Source: Lingula anatina
Taxonomy: Eukaryota > Animalia > Brachiopoda
DNA: 64,000 bases
Direction of reading: 5' to 3'
NCBI GenBank assembly: GCA_051362555.1
Contig: CM120645.1
Location: 12,896,001 to 12,960,000 of the forward strand
Below, in pieces: positions 13,148-26,300 of this stretch. The translations under genes and the position numbers were made by a program. Under the pieces are notes generated by a model. The model saw nothing but the letters and a program-made list of their open reading frames with translations. It had not been told where the DNA came from and made no database searches. Numbering within the stretch: the first letter of the stretch is position 1; each line of letters starts with the position of its first letter.

Positions 13148-13689
13148 TATTGCTTCCAAATCTGTAACCTGTTGCTGGAGAGGGAGCCGCATTGGGAAAA
13201 GTTGGGGCATTGCATTTCCGGTAAATGACAAATGCGGTGCCCACTCAACGTCACACCTCTGCTGATCAGTCTTACCTGAAATCCCTCTTTCAGCCAGGCT
13301 AGGGAGACATTTTATGTGGTGGGAGGCGTCTTGCTGGAACCGCTTTCCATCTCCATATATCCGTCTGCATCGTCCCCATGACGCTCAAAACTTCCTCACC
13401 ACTGCCACTGTCGGACATTTTCGTCTTTGAAGCAGGAAGCGTGACGTTGAAGTCGGCAGCACATTCACCGTACATGAACCCCCAATTTTGTATCTGTGGC
13501 TGTATCTTAGGGATAATGGGATAATGTGTACTAGAAAACCTTCAACCGATTGTTGAACTGAAGGCGGCAATCACAGGTAAAATCAAAGAAAATCCCCAAA
13601 GAGGAATGTGTTCCAATACATGTATTGGCAATTTTGCGCGACGTACGCAAGTATGCCTCCAACGCTGCGGTGGCCATTTGGAGGATATT

Positions 13690-14193
13690 TTTGAAAGAAC
13701 ACGCAAAATATCTGTTAATGAAAGTCACACAATCAGAAATGAAGACTATTGCAAAAATGCGGATTAGTGACCACGAATTAGAAATTGAACGTGGCCGCTA
13801 TACGTCCCCTAAAACCCCTATTGAAAATCGCAAGTGCCCCCACTGTAATGAAATTGAAACGGAAATCCACTTCCTACTGAAATGTGAAGAACATTGTGAC
13901 AGAAGAAGTTGACTAATGATACCTCCTGAGCAGAAATCAGATCATGAAAAAATTCAGTGGCTGCTCAGTCCAAAAAGTGAATCGTGCTTGAGAACATTAC
14001 ATCTATATATAACTGAAAGTTTGAAAAAACGACACACCAATCAATAGCAATAAGCATTTTATTCTGTGCTGCTTCCCAGTAATCATTCCATAAGTATTTG
14101 TATAGATTTTTATAATTGTTATTAAGATGTTGTGACTAGTGTAGAGAGCCTGTAAAATATGTAACATGTACACATTTTAGTTGCTCAATAAAG

Positions 14194-14225
<32 letters not shown>

Positions 14226-14226
14226 T
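13690..14226 (+). mobile_element. Non-LTR retrotransposon 3' end (5'-truncated LINE)
   Basis: The ORF MRISDHELEIERGRY..RKCPHCNEIETEIHFLLKC is the typical CCHC-type ORF2 C-terminus of RTE-X/related LINEs. It is followed by AATAAA and an (ATTT)n tail at ~14196-14226. Confidence 0.8.
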
Positions 14227-15864
14227 ATAAACGCTTGCAGCAAATTTGCATTAATAAACTACTTCATATATACAAGGTTGGTTAGTTACGTTATACTCAT
14301 GTAGCCAGTGAAATAAACTACGTACATGTACACTGTGTAGGTGACGCTTGAACCTTCATCTAAATTATACGGGGTTACAAAAAACAATGGAAAACAAGGT
14401 CCACTTACAATCAGAACACTGGTCACCAGTACGTCCCAGGTTACAAACACACTTCTCTGAAGATATCTGTGTCTCTGAGGTGTATGGTCTCACACACGTT
14501 CCGCCTATAGAGCAGGCCGGGCAGTTGTAGGCGGGATTACCTGATGGTGAAGAAATCGTGAGGTTGGCTATATTGTTGATGCATTATTTGAGGTAAATAT
14601 TTTTAGTAGACAGTTTCTGAAAGGTGTTGTGACACACCACAACCACGGCACTGCAAGTGCTAGTAATAATACATTTCAGTTTTGGACATTGTGTCTAATT
14701 TTACTAATTAATACCCATCTGGTAACCATCCACAATGATTTAAACACAAACAAATAAATGATACAACCTTAACATTAGAAATCGTCACGATTTGCATCTT
14801 ACCAGGACATTGTTTCATTTGATAGTGACAAACATTGGTTACAAATCTTGATCTATTGCACGACGTAGAACTGTCATGGAACCAGCACCACCTTCCATCC
14901 CAGTCCACTGCCTCACATGTTGGGTCATCGTTACAGGCCTGTAAACAGCGGGAAAGTGACAAAAAAATCTTCGGCTTGCCTCCACTGACGGACCTTTTCT
15001 CGTACACATATAACACGTACTCTGGTAGTGAAATGAAATGCTTCAGAAATGATACTCTGCATGAAATATCCGTACTTACATGTTCAATACATAGTGAATC
15101 CGAGGTGTGCATCATACATTAAACTCGTATGGAATTCAAAGTCCCATAATATATGCATTGATAACAATACATAGAATAATTTGATAATTGTATTTTGCCA
15201 CCAAAACGGCGGTTATCGCAATTATTCTGAAATCTGTGCTTGACATCGGACCACTGTGGCTACCCTCCGTAATAATCTCTTTAGAAAGTTTTTTAAAAAA
15301 AGCACTTAAAATAAAAACAACAGACAATTTTGTATGTCAGAACGTATGTCTTAACCATTGGTTAGTACGGAAAACTGTCGTTTATCCCAGAAAAATTCCG
15401 TTCTACGTTACTTTTCCCGCAAAAATGAACAGTTTTTACCACTTTAAGATAATGTTTATTTTAAGTTCAATACAACCGTATGAAAATTCGAATTTGCATC
15501 CTTGTGGTCAGTATAGCCCGGATACTGGTCAATGATAAAAAATGGTGATATTCCATTTAAAACGGTGATACTAAGTGGTTTTAGATGGAAATTACTAGCG
15601 AAGAAAGTAATCCACAGAGACAAAAATACTCACTTCCACATACTGGCGGTTCTTTATCAAAAACGTCCTCTCTGTCAGAACACGTGATTGTAAGAGAACC
15701 GTATATATGGATATATGGAGGAGTAACACACGTGTAGGTAACACTTTGGTGACTGTTAACACGGACAGCAGTTGGAGATCGACTTGAATGTGGAACGTCT
15801 GGCACGACACATCCTACAGTACGAAATACGCAAGTGGTCAAAACACTTATTCTTTGCACAGGTC

Positions 15865-16147
15865 CCGCACAAAAACGAAGTAGATACTCCAGCGCAGTAG
15901 ACTACGGCAATCATACTGTAAACATGCTTCAAATCTGCTTCGATGTGGGAGCTAATTAGCATATTTGAAACATGCTTCTATCATGCTGCTAATCTACTGC
16001 ATTAATGCTCCTCCTCTGTACAACCCTATGTAATTTTTGAAGTAGAATTGCAGTAGGCTATACTACATTTCTACTGCAAATATGCTCCACACCTCTACTG
16101 CGTTAATGCTTCTTTGCTACTTCGATACTACTGCATTTTCATGCGGG
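15865..16147. mobile_element. Degenerate MITE in intron 1 of gene A
   Basis: Ends cccgcacaaaaacgaagtag / ctactgcattttcatgcggg, with internal ctactgc repeats. Confidence 0.5.
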
Positions 16148-16549
16148 GTGTCTCATTCATTAATAGTTATCTCGTTTTTCTAATTCATTATATAACGATC
16201 TTACAAGAGTGCATACAAATGTATTTGGTTTTCTACAAAAGACATTCATAATTTTGCAAATGATTTTATTTGGAGTTAAATAATTTTATATTTACATAAA
16301 TAAATATCCTCTTTTCATCGATGTTAACTACTATAAGTGTGACCAGAAACAACCTACCTGCGTCAGTTCCACGTAGGTCAATGACCAAACTGTATATACA
16401 GAAAAATACACACAGTTGTAACAATTCCTTCATTGTGGCCACTCTTGTCCTAAAATGAGGTTAGTTGACATGAGTGTGACATAAATATACATACCTAGGG
16501 ATGTTATGTGACCGTGGTGATATGATGATCACTGAAGCCTGTCCATTTA

Positions 16550-17895
16550 GACAAGCTTCAGTGAAGATCGAGGGCAACCTCGAGCTGCTACCCAAAAATA
16601 TCTCGCTTCACTCGACATTTCTGCGTAGCGTCTCTCGGAAAACTCGGATTTAACCTCGATGTAGTCTAGAATTTCACGACTACATCTTGGTTAAATCAGT
16701 CGAGGTCTCTTAAATGCTGAAAGCCAAAGACATGGACAGTGATCACGTGACTTTCTTGGCATCAAGAGAATAGTGACGTTGCTTGCGTTATATATCTACC
16801 AGTAGACAAATTTAAAATCTCTCACACTCTTGAAAAATTAGCATAAACCTTTCACGTTTAACACTTATTATTTGGCATCAAGAGAATAGTGACGTTGCTT
16901 GCGTTATATACCTACCAGTAGACAAATTTAAAATCTCTCACACTCTTAAAAAATTAGCATAAACCTTTCACGTTTAACAATTATTTTATTACACGACGTT
17001 ATATCGTATGGTTAATGTTTGAAAACGGGAATTAGTTTACATTTAAGCCACACGTGCATACAAATTATTTGTAAAACTATAACTTCTTAACGAGGGTTGT
17101 ATTATTTACCTTTTGTTTTAAAACTGTTCATTCTTCCTCTTTATCAGATATATCGGTAAAAATCAAATATATTTCCCCTTTGAAATTGTAATTACATGTA
17201 GCACATGAATGCTCTGAAAACCAGCACATGTAAATTCCGAAACCGCCTCGTAGTAAAAGATGTCACCAAAACGTAGAATTATTACTCCTGTGGACTTGAA
17301 ATAAACATCCGTCTGATTTTGACTATATTCCGAAACTGCCTCGTTGTCAGAAATATCACCAAAAAGTAAATTTCTTTCTCCTTTGCACTTGCGAAAAATT
17401 AGTTTGAATATATTCCGGTCCGACGCTCCTTGTTTATCAGAAATCTCACTTAAAAGTAGAGGTTTTGCCTTGAGACCTTTTTTCCGCAGCAGTCCCAGCT
17501 AGGTGTGGCTCAGCTGAGACGCGCATGGTCAGTGTTGACGATTTATTAAATACTTTTCAAGCCAGTTGAACGTCCACGACAAGTATTTAGCAAAAATTGA
17601 CCAAATTGGTCAGACATTACGTAAGAATTTGGCGGGAGGTGACCAGCACACGTGGACGAGTTTATTCCGTATAACATCTCTAGAGCGTGATATAGGGTCA
17701 CTTTATTCGGTTTTAGGATGAAATGACTATATTTTTCCTCGGTATGTATGTCAAATAATACACTGTCACCCTCTCGCGATATATGCCATGAACACCTCTC
17801 GCTGACGCTCGAGGTGTTATGGCATATATCGCTCGGGTGTCAGTGTATTATCTCACACGTATACCTATGTTATCAGACGAAATGTCGTTAAGCTT
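16550..17895. mobile_element. Putative non-autonomous element bounded by two long hairpins
   Basis: Palindromes at ~16575-16640 (loop ctcgcttcactcg) and 17755-17850 (loop ctcgctgacgctcg), and aagctt near both ends. The block is absent from the corresponding position upstream of gene C. Confidence 0.45.
16757..16986 (+). repeat. Near-perfect tandem duplication (~116-bp unit)
   Basis: ttggcatcaagagaatagtgacg..tttcacgtttaaca occurs twice in a row. Confidence 0.9.
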
Positions 17896-17949
17896 TATGT
17901 CCACATGCCGTTTATTCATTTTTATTCCAAGCGATAATTAACTTCTGAC

Positions 17950-18263
17950 TTTTGAAGGGAGTAGAACACAAATGTAATGAGGAAGTGCTAAATAATCTAA
18001 AAATAAAAAAAATTCTTATTGAACTTAATTTGGTCACATCACAAGAAGAGATAATTTGCAGTGGTTGCTTTTGGAAGGAAACTTTAAGGGGAAACGTGAG
18101 AAAGGAAGATCAAGAACCGCATGGATGGACAACATTAAATAACGGACCAATCAAAACTGTATAGGCCTATAGTGAAAGTATACGAATGGCACAACATGGA
18201 GAGGCATAGCGAACCATGGCAGTCAACCTGCTGAGAGTGGATGGTACCCAATGATGATGATGA
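17950..18263 (+). mobile_element. Degenerate RTE-clade LINE 3' fragment
   Basis: Frameshifted LEG..GKREKGRSRTAWMDNIK-like motif ending in a (TGA)n tail. Confidence 0.65.
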
Positions 18264-19000
18264 ACCAGATTTAATAGTTTTTGTTCCTGTGCAATATCAA
18301 ATATAAATCCGATTTCTAAGGCTAATTGATATATTGCATTCAGTTTGTTCAGCGCTCAAAGGAAACGATGTCTGATTTTTAAATTTTTAAGACGTTGACC
18401 TTCGACTGCAAAGAAAATTTTGTTAGCGTGGTGCAATCTAGGACATATATTCTATAGTTTTAAGTGCATCGAGGAGCTTCGGTTTGTGCTGTGTTTTTTT
18501 CCCCTTTTGAAAAAGGGGCATTGGCTGAAGTCATCTCTAAACTTTTGGAAAAATAAAAGGGTTACGTAGGCAAAGCAAAGTTTTACGTTGGAAATATAGG
18601 GACGCTAGTGTAGAATATATTATCCCAGATGTCCGAGATGACAAGAATAACATTCAAAGTTACCTGCGTAATTCAGGGTCCGCCTATCAAAGCTAACTTA
18701 GATCATCCTAATTTTGATGTACATAACATTATTATATATTTAAGTACAATTCACTGACGTTTTACTAGTGGTTTTCCCCGTAGCCACCCGCCTGTGAAAA
18801 CTTACCTTACTTTGAAACTGCCACTAGCATAACAGTAGTCACAGTCTTGTAGACGATGTAATGGCGGCGAGGTGAAGTAAGTTAGTTCCTGTAGGGCAGT
18901 ATTGCGCGAAGTCATCTAAATCGGGAAGTATACCACCTTTTGCTTTTTTATTTCAATGTGACCTCGATTCGCATTCACTGTATAGATAACGTAACAGTGC

Positions 19001-19964
19001 CAGGCCTTCCCAACTACCAGACTCGGCACCTACGGGTCCAGAATAAACCGGTATATCTGACCACACTACCCGTTTTCAAGGTGTGTGTCAGATCGCATAA
19101 AAGAGTATCATACCCTATCACAAATTCTGTAAGCCTACCTGTCATTCGGGTATCACGCCTCGTTTTCGTCAAGTAGGAGTCGTATGAATAGAACAGACGA
19201 CTCCCTCAATCAGGGGGTGGAAACGCGCTACTTATATGATTAAGACGAGCCTAGCCGTCAGTACCGGTTATTGTTTTGTGACCTTGAGGAGCAATTAGGT
19301 TTGGTCGTTGCGGCACGCATGAACAGTAGTTGAACTACCACACCTGGGTCTTTTGTTTTTGACAACTGTTCACTCGTCATCGAGGCGCTTGTTCAAGACT
19401 ACAGGCTGATATCTACTAGTACTACCAGTGGCTTCATTAGTAACGTTCCCACAATACTTAAGTTTTCTGTCCGTGCATACAAACCCTGAAAAAGGACAGC
19501 CTCGCTGACGAGAACAATAGACGTTTCTCACTCCTCTCTAGGATTACCCCTGCCCTCAATCTCGTCCATCCCGGTAGTCATGAAAATAATTTAACCCCCG
19601 ACAGAATATGCTTCTGCTATCAAAATAAAGTCTACTTTTCTAAATTAATATACAAGTTTGCAAGTTCTTATTTACAAAACATCATTGGCTATGTCCGAAC
19701 CTAAATTTTATGTTAAAAATTGCGGTACTGTCAGATTTAGCATAAACAGAGAAAATTGCAGCAGCGCATGAATCTAGATGAGATGCACTACTTTCCAACC
19801 CCGATTAGGATCATTGCTATCACATCGCGCACCAGGCAAAATCGGTGTGGTGGCTGATACTCTGTAATGCGATCTGACACACACCTTGAAAACGGGTAGT
19901 GTGGTCTGATAAACCGGTTTATACTGGACCCGTAGGTGCCGAGTCTGGTAGTTGGGAAGGCCTG
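19001..19964. mobile_element. Non-autonomous hAT-like element with ~98-bp TIRs and 5-bp TSD
   Basis: TIR caggccttcccaactaccagactcggcacctacgggtccag..cagatcgcat. AGTGC is duplicated at 18996-19000 and 19965-19969. Confidence 0.85.
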
Positions 19965-20317
19965 AGTGCTTAGGCGACAAAATACATCTGAGACCTAGAG
20001 TATTCAAATAAATATCTTTTTAGTACAAATTAAGACAAAAGAGATAACGCATTACCCAACAAAAGGTATGAAGACAGTGTGTGCTCTACCTGCATGATCT
20101 AAATAAAATTACCGAACATTATAAGCTGCTACATTACAAGCTTACTTTTATTATCAGCTTCTGCAATCTGAACAAACAACAGTGCAATGTCCTCAAAAGT
20201 ACTAGTAGTAGTAAAATATTGCAGGGCAGTGGCAACAGAGGTTGGTCCCATTGTTATTCATGTTTATCTTTCCCCTTAGCAGCTTTGTTGTTAACACGGA
20301 GCTACACCTTTCGCAGT

Positions 20318-20594
20318 GTAAAATATACAATGGGTCACTTCCTTGTTAACAAAACTCCGCAGATACGCACCTAGGCCTCGCCACACTTTGACAAGCCCTA
20401 ACTTTTTCAGGTCATTCAACAGAGAGAAATTTGGCTATAGGAAAATTAGGGTTAGTATAATACCTGTTACATGTACATGTACTATAACCAGTACATGTAA
20501 GCAGCAGATAAGCCAAGATGTTCCGAAAGAATTGATGTGCATTGATGAGGATTGAATCGTGTCTTTGATACTGTAAGGGCCCAGGCAGGTAAGT
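20318..20594 (+). promoter_or_regulatory. Conserved putative promoter and non-coding first exon of + strand genes (gene B copy)
   Basis: An AT-rich TATA-like stretch, then gggtCACTTCCttgtt (Ets core), then a donor cag|gtaagt at 20588. It is repeated upstream of D (~38521-38812), E (~47990-48264) and F (~55878-56160). Confidence 0.55.
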
Positions 20595-22576
20595 GTAAAT
20601 GCTTTGTACAGTCCTACGTACAGGATTCTTTCAATGACAAAAATGTCTATGATACACGTTTAATCACCATTACTGTGGTCAGAATAAACACAGTAGTGAT
20701 CCTGGGCCATATTTGTCTCAAGTTGTAATTCCGTTATAAGGCTTACAGTGTATGCAATATAAACCGTGAGAATACAGCATGATTACGATTGTCACTTTCT
20801 TGCTTCACGCCACCAATAAGTTGTGGACTTCTTGACACCACAGTCAGTTGTGACAGAAAGGCGACACAACGATTCGATTGGTCTTCTCTTGTAAGAGATC
20901 TTATTTACAAGACTTAAAAGCAGGGGAGTGGTGGAAAGATACAACCTGGGCTTAAAAAGTAAAGCCTTTTTACAGTGAGCCTTATGTCTTGGACCTTTTT
21001 TTTTCACGTTGAGCACCGGAGCGCGGTTATTTTAACATGACCTAATGTGTACCTACGATACGACTTTTTTACTCCCTTTCACGGTTTGCTCCTTACATTT
21101 TACCTGGAAGTTAATCAACGGGCTGTGTCGAGCGAGGAGGGAGGGAAGTTTAGGTGACTTACATACTACATAGACAATTAAGCTATCGAATTTTCAGTTG
21201 TTTAAAATATTCCAGCACAGGTAAGTCACTCAATGTCTTTGATTTGGCATTGGTTGGATTGGAAACAAGTGACCGTAGAGGGTGAACACTCCTTCGGTAC
21301 ACCACATATAAGGAGGGTACATGTACTAGTGGCTAGATAAAAAGTAGATAACAAAAAAGGCGTGCTACCTTATCAGAGCTTACTCAACGAGAAAAGTTAA
21401 TAAGTTACACCAGTCAGTTAGAAATACAGTAATGCTAATACATGCTATAGTGCCTGGAATTATTTGCTGCCATGTTGTTTCAATTAAAAAGTTGGAATTT
21501 TTTCATCGATCTTAGAGGAAATAAACGGTTAGTTTTTAAAAATATCTAATTATTTATTCAGAGTAATTTTTTAGTTTGTTACTTTTGATAACTGTCGATT
21601 TCGACAGTATGTCGTCAGGCTGTCTGTTCGTTTTTAATTTTGTCTGTTAGCACTCTACAGGTTGCAGTTTTGATCATATTAAATCAATTTTGACCTGAAG
21701 AGGCACATTGTATCCAAACAAGTACGTGACCGAACTTTTGGGATCAATCTGTGCATGTTCAAGAAAGAGGCAACCGAATCTGAAAACTCTTATTCTAGAA
21801 TCGTAAATACTAGAATCGTTTTGTTTGCTGCATTTTGTAGAGCATGTCAAACGCAACACTGAGAGTACTGCCCAATTAAAATGGTTTAGGAGCTGCGTTA
21901 TTTCAAAAAGTACATCGTCACAATGCTCAATGTTTAGCAACGGTGCCAATTTTACGACCCTTTTAACCCCAGAACTGTCACTGATATGCTTATAGTTACT
22001 ATTGAACTTGAATAGGAAGTCACGCATTGGCAATCTTACTGTGACCTTGAATTTGACATTGGCCTTCTTTTCACCATGCACTGAATTTTGTAAATTTTCC
22101 AGCCATGGCAGAGATACTTCCTTATCACATTTATGCATACAATTGCTCTTGTCGACAGATAGGAAGTAACACAAGCTTTTATTTAAGTATCTTCAAGATC
22201 ACATTTGAATCCGCTTGTTTTTTCAATCCCTTTTTTTTGTTTGCTTTTATTGTCAGGGGCTGTTACGAAAGTGTTATACATGTCAGTGTGATTTTTCATT
22301 TTGTTTATATACTATTTATCAATTTTTTGTAATTTATTCTATTATTACATAAAGATGAACACAGAAATCATTTCTTATAAAGTGGTTTGGCATTTTTGTA
22401 ACGTGCTAAAAATACGTGATGCTTTGTGCATAACATTTAACCTTCATTTTAGAAGACTGCTACTTGATAATGAGTCACCCTCAATGATGAGAATATTCAC
22501 TCATACACTGTATACCTTTGTTTGAAATATCAACAGTTTTTATTGACATTTATTTCAGAGCTAGGACAACAAGACA

Positions 22577-23334
22577 ATGAAAGGGCTGTCGAATATTTTA
22601 AAATCTTCTATGATATTTTGTTTAATTCGTGGATGGCAAGGAATCGACGCAGGTAGGCGGATCCAGTTTTTAAATACAGGAGGTCCATGCACCCCCATCC
22701 CCCCGTAGCTTCTGAAGTACTCCTTCTATCCCTCCCCCCCCCCCCCCATAAAAATAATAAATAAATGAAAAGAGGGACTTTAGTCAAGACCAAACACATT
22801 TTCCACCCTTGTCCCCTACATTATACAATAAGACCATCCTTCTCTACTGATTTATGTGTTTTAGCAAATGTAAGTGAAACATTTTTATTCATGTTCCCGC
22901 CCCCTTTTACATGTTTCCACAATCCTGGATCATGCAGCGCATGCGTTTTACTTATTTCAAAAGCTAAAAAGATTATTGTAAAGATGATTTTCGCATAGTA
23001 ATTGATGATGAATCAGACGAGAAACAGGCGTCACCTTGAATTTCTCCAAGGAAGTGATCAGCACCCCCCCCCCACCCCCCATTTACGAAAAGGTTATCCC
23101 GTCAATACATAGTTCTGGTGTAGCTTTTCTAGTACATTAGGAGACTAGTGATATTTATCTGCCGAACTTGGTCTGCCGAATTATCCTCTTGCAGAAGGCG
23201 TTGCATTCACGAACAAACATCTTTATCAGACCCGTAGCCAGGGGTGGGGGTTCGAACGAACAGCCCCTTTTGCCTCAAAAATGTATCTTCTGATTAAAAA
23301 TTGAAGGTACACAATGTTTTCATGGCAAAATGTC

Positions 23335-23381
<47 letters not shown>

Positions 23382-26300
23382 AAAGACCAAGACCTTTAAA
23401 TTTGCTAGTTATGGGCCTGGTTAGAATTAGATAGTTCTTTTATCTTACCCAAACATATCGTTCATATGATTTCTTTTCTTTTATTTATTTTATTTTCTAT
23501 CTATTATTATTTTTTGCACTTAATTATACCTAGACCTAAGTAAAGAATTAACTTAACGGTGAAAGATCAAAGGTACGACTTTAAGAGATTTATTCAACTT
23601 CTGGCTTCGGATCTTTTTGAAAGATATGCCAAAACAATATATCCTAAATCTTTAAAAGTGGTAAAATCAAAATTGAAAATAAATAAATTGGTTCCTTTGT
23701 ATATTATAGAATGTAACGTGCCCGATGTTTCTCATTCGAGTCGAAATCCAACTACTGTCCGTGTCAACAGTCAAGACAGTGTTACCTACACGTGTGTTAC
23801 ACCTCCATATATCCATATATACGGTTCTCTTAAAATCACGTGTACTGATAGAGAGGATGTGTTTGATATGGAACCTCCAACATGTGGGCGTGAGTATTTC
23901 TTCTCTGTGGATTACTTTCTTTGCAAATTTTCTTGAATTCGATGTGCTATACTTTATCTTTGTTATCAAAGCCAGATATAAATTTTTTCAAATAAAATTG
24001 TAGCTTTTTACACCACATTTTCTGGAATATCCGCATAACAGTATATTCAGGGTTTAACTTAACAATACATGTAGATTGCTCTGAGAGTGGCCTGGGTTTA
24101 GAGCGAAATATATATTAACATCGACCCGCTTTTGTTTGGCGAACATTTTATGGCTTAAATTGGGATTTGTAGAAGTTTTCATACGCAGTGTCCCCTTTGA
24201 TTTGGCAACAGTTATCCACCAAGTAACCAAGGTTTCGGGAGAGAAGTTGATGATAAAATGGGTATAACGAATACAAGAATGCGACTCGGTTGCATTGAAA
24301 TTGAAATATATGTTAATATATTTCTTTTCCAATAAAGATGTGTAACTCAAAGGGCGCATGCAGTGCACCCATTATTATTGATGTAGTAAACGTGAGGGCA
24401 TGTAACACTAACAAATATATTGCTGAAAGTCTTCTATTTCTTTCAGTGCCAGAATACGTGTTGTATGTATATGAGAACAGGGGCGTCAGTGGAGGCTCAT
24501 GGAAGCTTTATAAACCATTATCCCGCTGTTTACAGGCCTGTAACGATGACCCAACATGTGACGCAGTGGACTGGGATGGGTGGTGTTGGTTCCATTACAG
24601 TTCTACTTCGTGCGGTGACCTTACCTTTGGCAATCTGAGTCACTATCAAATGAAACAGTGTCCTGGTAAGATACAATTTGAAACGATTTATCTGTCATTT
24701 TTTTAACTTTGTGCTTATAATCTTATTGGTGGAGATGAATAAGGGATTTAAGTAAAGTAAGACATTATGTTGGGAAATTAAAAATAGATTACGGATAAGA
24801 ATACCTAGAAGAGACTAGAATACGATAGCATATATAATATACCCAACACCAGTTACAAATTAGCTATTGACGTGATCACAAATTATCTTTGGTTATCCAG
24901 CAGATCTTGGTATATCGGTACTAGCATATCAACAAGCTGTAACATACAGTATGATTTAATTATTCTTAGGTAATCCCGCCTACAACTGTCCCTGCTCTAC
25001 GGGAGGTACGTGTGTGAGAACATACACCTCACCGACACAGATATCTTCAGAGGAGTGTGTGTGTAACCTGGGACGTACTGGTGACGAGTGTTCTGGTTGT
25101 GAGTGGGACTTTGATTTATATTGTTATTTGCCACACTACATAATTGAGATTGAATCGAAGCATCTCCTGTGCAAAAGATGTAGTGTATCGCATCGGATAC
25201 ATTAATACATGTATGTGTCTGAAAATGTTACGCCTTAGATGGAAAAATGTGATGCAATCTATTTATAAAAACCCTTACAACTGTTTCAAAATTAAACAGC
25301 GTACACATGGAGCACACGAATGGTCCCATCTTGAAATTAGAATTTTGACTAGCTGAATCATAGTTATAAAATATACCAAATTCCACCGTTTGCCTTTTAA
25401 AATACCAAATAATTTCGGGGCCCTTCAGCGTGCCCCGAACCACACGCCAAGGGGAGGGGGGCGTCGACTTCGCATAAGCGGACCCCCCTTCAAATAATCC
25501 TGGATCCGCCCCTGAAAGATATCACTATTGCATTTATCATGAACATCTTCTAATACAAATGAAATATATAAATAATACATTAAATGTAAGGGGAAATCAT
25601 CAATATATTATAAGGTTCTTTGTGCAGCCAAGTGGTCACTATTGCGACTGATGGATTTCTTTACAGACATGCACTTTGTTTTTAGTTGTGGAATGCACTG
25701 CTCCGACTTTTCCCAATGCAGCTCCCTCTCCAGTACCTGGAGGTTACAGATTTAATACCACTGTTACCTATACTTGCAACAGTGGGTATCAACTCAGAGA
25801 TGGTTCTGGTAACAGTTTCACACTGACTTGCGGTCCTCGAGGAACGTTTAAAGGGGAGAGAAAAATATGCAACAGTAAGTCAAAAAGACATCAATGTTAC
25901 AAAATAAGAACAGATTAATAATTCGAAATGAAATAGTCGCCCGCAAGTTTGGACCTTATTACGATTATGCTTCTGGGGATAATTATTGTCGGTGTTATTA
26001 GGCTTTGAATATAGTCAAGTGAAATGAAGATATTAAAAAAATTACTCCACTTCCAGGAACCTGTGACCATCCTGTAAGTGATCATCTGAGACAGGTAACA
26101 CATCGTTACATTACCTTTGAAGGACAAACTGTCACGTATACGTGCAGCACTGGCTTCCAATTCAACGACACGTCAACGGTAAAGAACCTTACTTGTCAAG
26201 CCAATGGAACATTTGACCAGAGTTTACCTAGCTGTATTCTCATATCGTGTGGTTTTCCTACTGGTAAATTAAACTTGAAGGCAGAAGAAGGACCATATAA

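Larger units (their letters stand above)
4794..16433 (-). pseudogene. Gene A: paralog of gene C disrupted by insertions
   Basis: Exons (minus): 16433-16358 (signal MKELLQLCVFFCIYSLVIDLRGTDA), 15813-15634 (sushi), ~15021-14803 (PAN; canonical acceptor AG>AC), 14540-14409 (EGF), split sushi exon ~13217-13150 + 8760-8741, 8542-8351 (sushi), 8226-8188, 7955-7865 (TM) and tail 7276-7032 + 4813-4794. Removing the Tc1-like element restores ..AADIYQDEM*. Confidence 0.8.

Noticed and set aside
21674-22174. 166-aa minus-strand ORF
   Set aside because: It lies in a dispersed repeat in the 5' UTR intron; the homologous copy at ~56830-57350 does not preserve the frame.
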